From Chiloscyllium plagiosum (taxonomy: Eukaryota), in NCBI RefSeq assembly GCF_004010195.1, contig NC_057719.1, positions 34,818,399 through 34,843,372 on the forward strand: a stretch of DNA of 24,974 bases, in the 5' to 3' direction. The notes below the pieces were generated by a model, which had not been told where the DNA came from, made no database searches, and saw only the letters and a list, made by a program, of their open reading frames with translations. Positions 21,169 through 24,974 of this stretch are shown here, piece after piece; position 1 is the first letter of the stretch; every line of letters starts with the position of its first letter. The translations under genes and the position numbers were made by a program.

Positions 21169-23082
21169 CTGCAAACAGTTGCACGATTCTCCAGCATGAA
21201 AGCTTTGCCACAAGCCTCGACACTCTGGTGACTTCATTAACACGACTGCAGCATTGTCTTTAGATATATTAACTATGCTTTCTGTGGTGTCCAGCTGATG
21301 TTCTGGAGGAAATTGAACAATCAAGGAATATAAAACATCAGAGTCCTGAGTCCCAAATACAACCCTATAGTCATGAGTGTGAAGTACTGACTTGAAGCTT
21401 TCTTCATTAACATTTTGCACATGCAGTACGAATGTTATAGAGTCTTTATTTTGATGGTAATGGAAATCAGGACATACCGGTTCTGTTTTCTTTAAACAGT
21501 CACCATAGTAGAATGCAGTGTTTGCAGATGAATCTGCACCTACATCTACCTGTTCACCTACAGAATGACTGCATACCTTTTCCAAAGTCCCAAGAGATTC
21601 TTTTCCACTCATTGCAATGGCACCTTCTTTTGCAACATTTTCATGTTCTTCAGGATCTACCTCTGAAACAAGTTTGGAAGTAGCAATTACATCATTTGGT
21701 TTTCCTAAAGTATTATTTGAAACTATCGCAGCCTCTTTAGCAGTTGACTCTGTAAAGGTTTTGCTTTCGCTCAGTTTGAAGTGTTCATTGTTCTCAGATT
21801 GCACCAAATTGGAAACCTGCAAGGTGCTAAATTCAAATTCACTTTCTGGATTCACACCATCACCAAAATGCCCTCCATTTTGTTGATGTGAATGTCCTTC
21901 AAGCTGAAAATCTGATTTACAAAGTAACTGGCCACTCTCTGTGGACTCATTACTAGTTTGTTTAAAGTCACCAGCAGGAAACTGTCCCACTTCTAGGGCT
22001 TGCCTCATAGGTAGCACAGGCAAAGTAACCACAAGCTGCCTCTTAGATTTGTTAAACATAGCTGACCCCAGATTTTCATCTACTGGATAAGGTAGACGCA
22101 AATCAAGCTTGTAAGCTGGTTTCTGTGACTCCAAACTTAAAAATTGCTCAGTTACATCTAAACAAGCATTCTCAGCAGACTTAAGCAAAGGGAGGTCAAT
22201 AGCAATCACCAGCTCTTTAGGTCTGGTGCTGGAAGCAGCTTCACGAGCATATCGGTAATCTTGCAAATCAATATGTGACCTGTGAATAATGGAGTATTTG
22301 GGTTGAGTAGATTTGCTGTCTTGTGATTTTGTATTCTTGTCCTTCATTGCAGATTCTGAACTTTTGTTTGTTGTTTTAGATTGTGTGCCATGCCCAGAGG
22401 GAGTTTCTGACTTTAGGGAACCATAGGGATAAGGAAACTGTAAAGGGTCATCATCATCTGGAGGTTTCTTGGGAACACCAGGAATAGGTTTTCGAATGAC
22501 AGCAGCCTCGGGCATTCCCTTGTAACTTACTTTTAAAGTTTTAACATTTCTTGAATCTAGTTTGGCATTTAGTTGCTTCTCTATCACTTCAATTGAAGTT
22601 TGATCTACCATTGTTTTGAACTTCTTGTTTTTATTCGCCATGTACAAAGTGTCTGGATGAAACACCACATCATATATCATGTGTTTTCTGCCACCTTTAC
22701 CCAGATCTTCTCTCCCCGGCGCCAGACTGTATGGAAGAGACCAATGTTGTCCGACCGTCCCGTTGGCACCCTTTTCAGCTTTGCAAAAGGGTTTATGTAT
22801 CAGGTCGTTGCTGCAGACGTTGATGAAACATTTCTGGTCCCCATTAACGCTGGTTTTGAGAACATAACCAGGGTTGGGATGCACGAACTTAATGTCCATG
22901 CCCCTCTCTTTTTCGAGTTGAGTGATTTCCTCTTCGTACTTTTTCTTATTTTCCGGACTGGAAATTTCCTCCGCGTATTCACACAGCATTTTTCTAAACT
23001 TTTCATCTTTAAACGCTGTGGAAAAGCGCTCCACTTCGTCCCGGGTCAAGTCCAACTCCTCGAGTTTCGAAAAAGACGCCAT
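21169..23082 (-). CDS. DNAAF2: DNAAF2 (kintoun/PF13) exon 1: PIH1 N-terminal and CS domains, 638 codons
   Basis: MASFSKLEELDLTRDEVERF...EYAEEI...KFVHPNPGYVLKT...FINVCSN...WSLPYSL...YDVVFHPDTL...RPKELVIAIDLPLL...LPYPVDE. ATG at 23082 in aacATGG context; donor CAG|gtaact at 21169/21168. Confidence 0.96.
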
Positions 23083-23127
23083 GTTATAGGTCCACCTCAA
23101 CGCGTCTACATCCGCCGTCGCAGATGT

Positions 23128-23137
23128 TTGACGTCAA
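23128..23137. promoter_or_regulatory. Palindromic CRE site
   Basis: TTGACGTCAA about 50 bp upstream of the DNAAF2 ATG. Confidence 0.4.
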
Positions 23138-23333
23138 CACCGCACGAAAGTTTGGTCATCCTTTACTTTACTCTCCCCTTTATCCAACTCCGAAGGTATT
23201 ATGTTTGACTTTGTTTAGTAACTTGTTTTAAAGAACGGTTTTTATACTTAGGGGATGTAGTACGTTGGGTATCGACGTGATGCGTACTATATGGCGGATT
23301 TAGGTAGGAATCAACCTGATGTGATATGTCCTG

Positions 23334-23347
23334 GTTGCCAAGGAGAC
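23334..23347. promoter_or_regulatory. RFX X-box
   Basis: GTTGCC-AA-GGAGAC fits RYYNYY-WW-RRNRAC, about 250 bp upstream of the ATG of a motile-cilia gene. Confidence 0.75.
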
Positions 23348-23719
23348 GTCTTCAAACCCAAACACAGACCAGGTCTCAACGCTGCTTTGTTTATAATCCT
23401 ATTATTAGCATGTTGTAAATAAAATTCCGGTCGTTATTATGCAACTATTGCCTGCAGCTGGAAATTGCCGAGGCAAATAGTTTCACTAGTGACCCTGCTG
23501 GTAGGTTCTTTTAAGTTAAGAAACCAAGTTGAACAAGAACAGGTCTCAGTAGCTTAATTATATGGATGCTGGATCTCCAACTTTAGCTGCTTATCAACTT
23601 TCAAACGACAATTTATCTCAAGTAGTTAGCTGTTGATGTCAAGCATTAGAAACAACAAGCTTTCCTACTCTCAAATGTCAAAGTTTGGATATAACTCTAG
23701 ACTGTCAGTTGGATTAATG

Positions 23720-23865
23720 TGAAGGTAGTGTAAAAGGGTACAGAAGTGATTTACAATAATTGTCCTCTGGTTCAAACATCTCACTTACATACTTGGACGA
23801 AATAAGCTGGAGGTGTTCTTATTAAAAATAGAAGATTGTGAGGGGATTTGATGTGTTCAAACTGT
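23720..23865 (+). repeat. Degenerate CR1 remnant
   Basis: aaagggtacagaagtgatttacaa...aagctggaggtgttctt...agaagattgtgaggggatttgat resembles the ERVQKRFT...RRLRGDLI coding region. Confidence 0.5.
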
Positions 23866-23869
23866 GATG

Positions 23870-24240
23870 TGGAGGTCCCAGTCTTGGACTAGGATGGACA
23901 AAGTCAGAAGTCACATGACACCAAATTATGGTCTAATAGGTTTTTTCAAAATCACAAGCTTTTGGAGCACTGCTCCTTCGTCAGGCACAGAATTTATAAG
24001 CAGAGAGATAATAGCAAGATAATTCCAGGCAATTAAGAGTGTCAAAAGACTTTATACTTAAGTCTTTTGACACTCTTAATTGCATGGAATTATTTTGCCA
24101 TTATCTCTCCACTTATAAATTCTGTGCCTGTGCGCTCCCTCCACTTCACCTGACAAAAGGAGCAGTGCTCTGAAACTTGTGATTTTAGATAAATCTGCTG
24201 GACTTTAATCTCGTGCCATGTGACTTCTGACTTTGTTCAT
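23870..24240. mobile_element. Long palindromic PLE-type terminal-repeat element with two decayed hammerhead motifs
   Basis: Arms 23894-24052 and 24060-24240, with a perfect central 24-bp stem. Hammerhead-like cores at 23953-23985 (-) and 24147-24181 (+). Confidence 0.75.
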
Positions 24241-24289
24241 ATGAGTCAGGACTTATTTGTTGAAGTATTTTTAACATAATAAAATGTTG

Positions 24290-24690
24290 TGGTTCTGTTC
24301 GCCGAGCTGGAAGCTTTTGTTGCAAACGTTTCGTCCCCTGTCTAGGTGACATCCTCAGTGCTTGGGAGCCTCCTGTGAAGCGCTTCTGTGGTGTTTCCTC
24401 CGGCATTTCGAGTGGCCTGTCCCTGCCGCTTCCGGTTGTCAGTTTCAGCTGTCCGCTGTAGTGACCGGTATATTGGGTCCAGGTCGATGTGTTTGTTGAT
24501 GGAGTTTGTGGATGAGTCCAATGCTTCTAGGAATTCCCTGGCTGTTCTTTGTTTCGCTTGCCCTATAATGGTAGTCTCCCAGTCAAATTCATGTTGCTTG
24601 TCGTCCACGTGTGTGGCTACTAGGGATAGCTGGTCGTGTCATTTCGTGGCTAGTTGATGTTCATGGATGCGGATTGTTAGCTGTCTTCCT
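24290..24690 (-). mobile_element. Penelope-like element 3' end (GIY-YIG C-terminus plus terminal repeat), a family distinct from 13009-14152
   Basis: Minus-strand peptide RIHEHQLATKRHDQLSLVATHVDDKQHEFDWETTIIGQAKQRTAREFLEA...INKHIDLDPIY. Confidence 0.85.
24322..24361 (-). ncRNA. Minimal type I hammerhead ribozyme motif
   Basis: gca-CUGAGGA-u-GUCaCCU-agac-AGGgGAC-GAAAC-GUU-ugc: stem I gca/ugc, stem II of 6 bp with one mismatch, palindromic ACGU stem III. Confidence 0.7.
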
Positions 24691-24974
24691 TAGTAGCCAC
24701 ACACGCAGACGACAAGCAACATGAATTCGACTGGGACAACACTACCATTATAGGGCAAGCGAAACAAAGAACAGCCAGGGAATTCCTAGAAGCATGGCAC
24801 TCATCCACAAACACCATCAACAAACACATCGACCTGGACACAATATACCGGCCACTACAGCGGACAACTGAAACTGACAACCAGAAGCGGCAGGGACAGG
24901 CCACTATAAACACCGGAGGAAACACCACAGAAGCGCTTCACAGAAGGCTCCCAAGCCCTGAGGATGTCACCTAG
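24691..24974 (+). mobile_element. Inverted second copy of the same PLE 3' end, running off the window
   Basis: Reverse complement of 24342-24622. The hammerhead begins again at 24958 (CTGAGGATGTCACCTAG). Confidence 0.88.

Noticed and set aside
23083..23100. TTG-started N-terminal extension (MRWTYN)
   Set aside because: Non-ATG start from the ORF caller. Homology and Kozak context point to ATG 23082.
22600..23208. 202-aa plus-strand ORF
   Set aside because: Antisense to DNAAF2 exon 1, TTG start, no recognisable domain.
1..24974. CRISPR arrays, rRNA, tRNA, 7SL or prokaryotic systems
   Set aside because: No repeat-spacer arrays or recognisable structural RNA genes were seen; the sequence is vertebrate.

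Overview
Vertebrate genomic DNA, most likely a shark or other elasmobranch (inferred from the repeat families), with two N-gaps (17722-18502, 20031-20653). It holds two convergent protein-coding genes in the arrangement also known from human 14q21. MGAT2 (GlcNAc-transferase II) is a single coding exon at 1696-3003 (+) with a CpG-island promoter. DNAAF2/kintoun (dynein arm preassembly factor) has three coding exons on the minus strand (23082-21169, 12538-12395, 10289-9600; about 915 aa) and an RFX X-box upstream. The rest is mostly retroelements: CR1 LINE copies, including a rearranged near-full-length one in DNAAF2 intron 1, and Penelope-like element (PLE) fragments. The most notable structure is a set of at least three sequence families of minimal type I hammerhead ribozyme motifs (CUGANGA / stem II / GAAAC-GUH or GAAAG-CUH). 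They sit in PLE terminal repeats and in short non-coding, often palindromic derivatives; one is a 135-bp insertion flanked by a 14-bp target-site duplication. PLE-associated hammerheads are a known class. Whether these short shark elements have been described cannot be determined without a database search.
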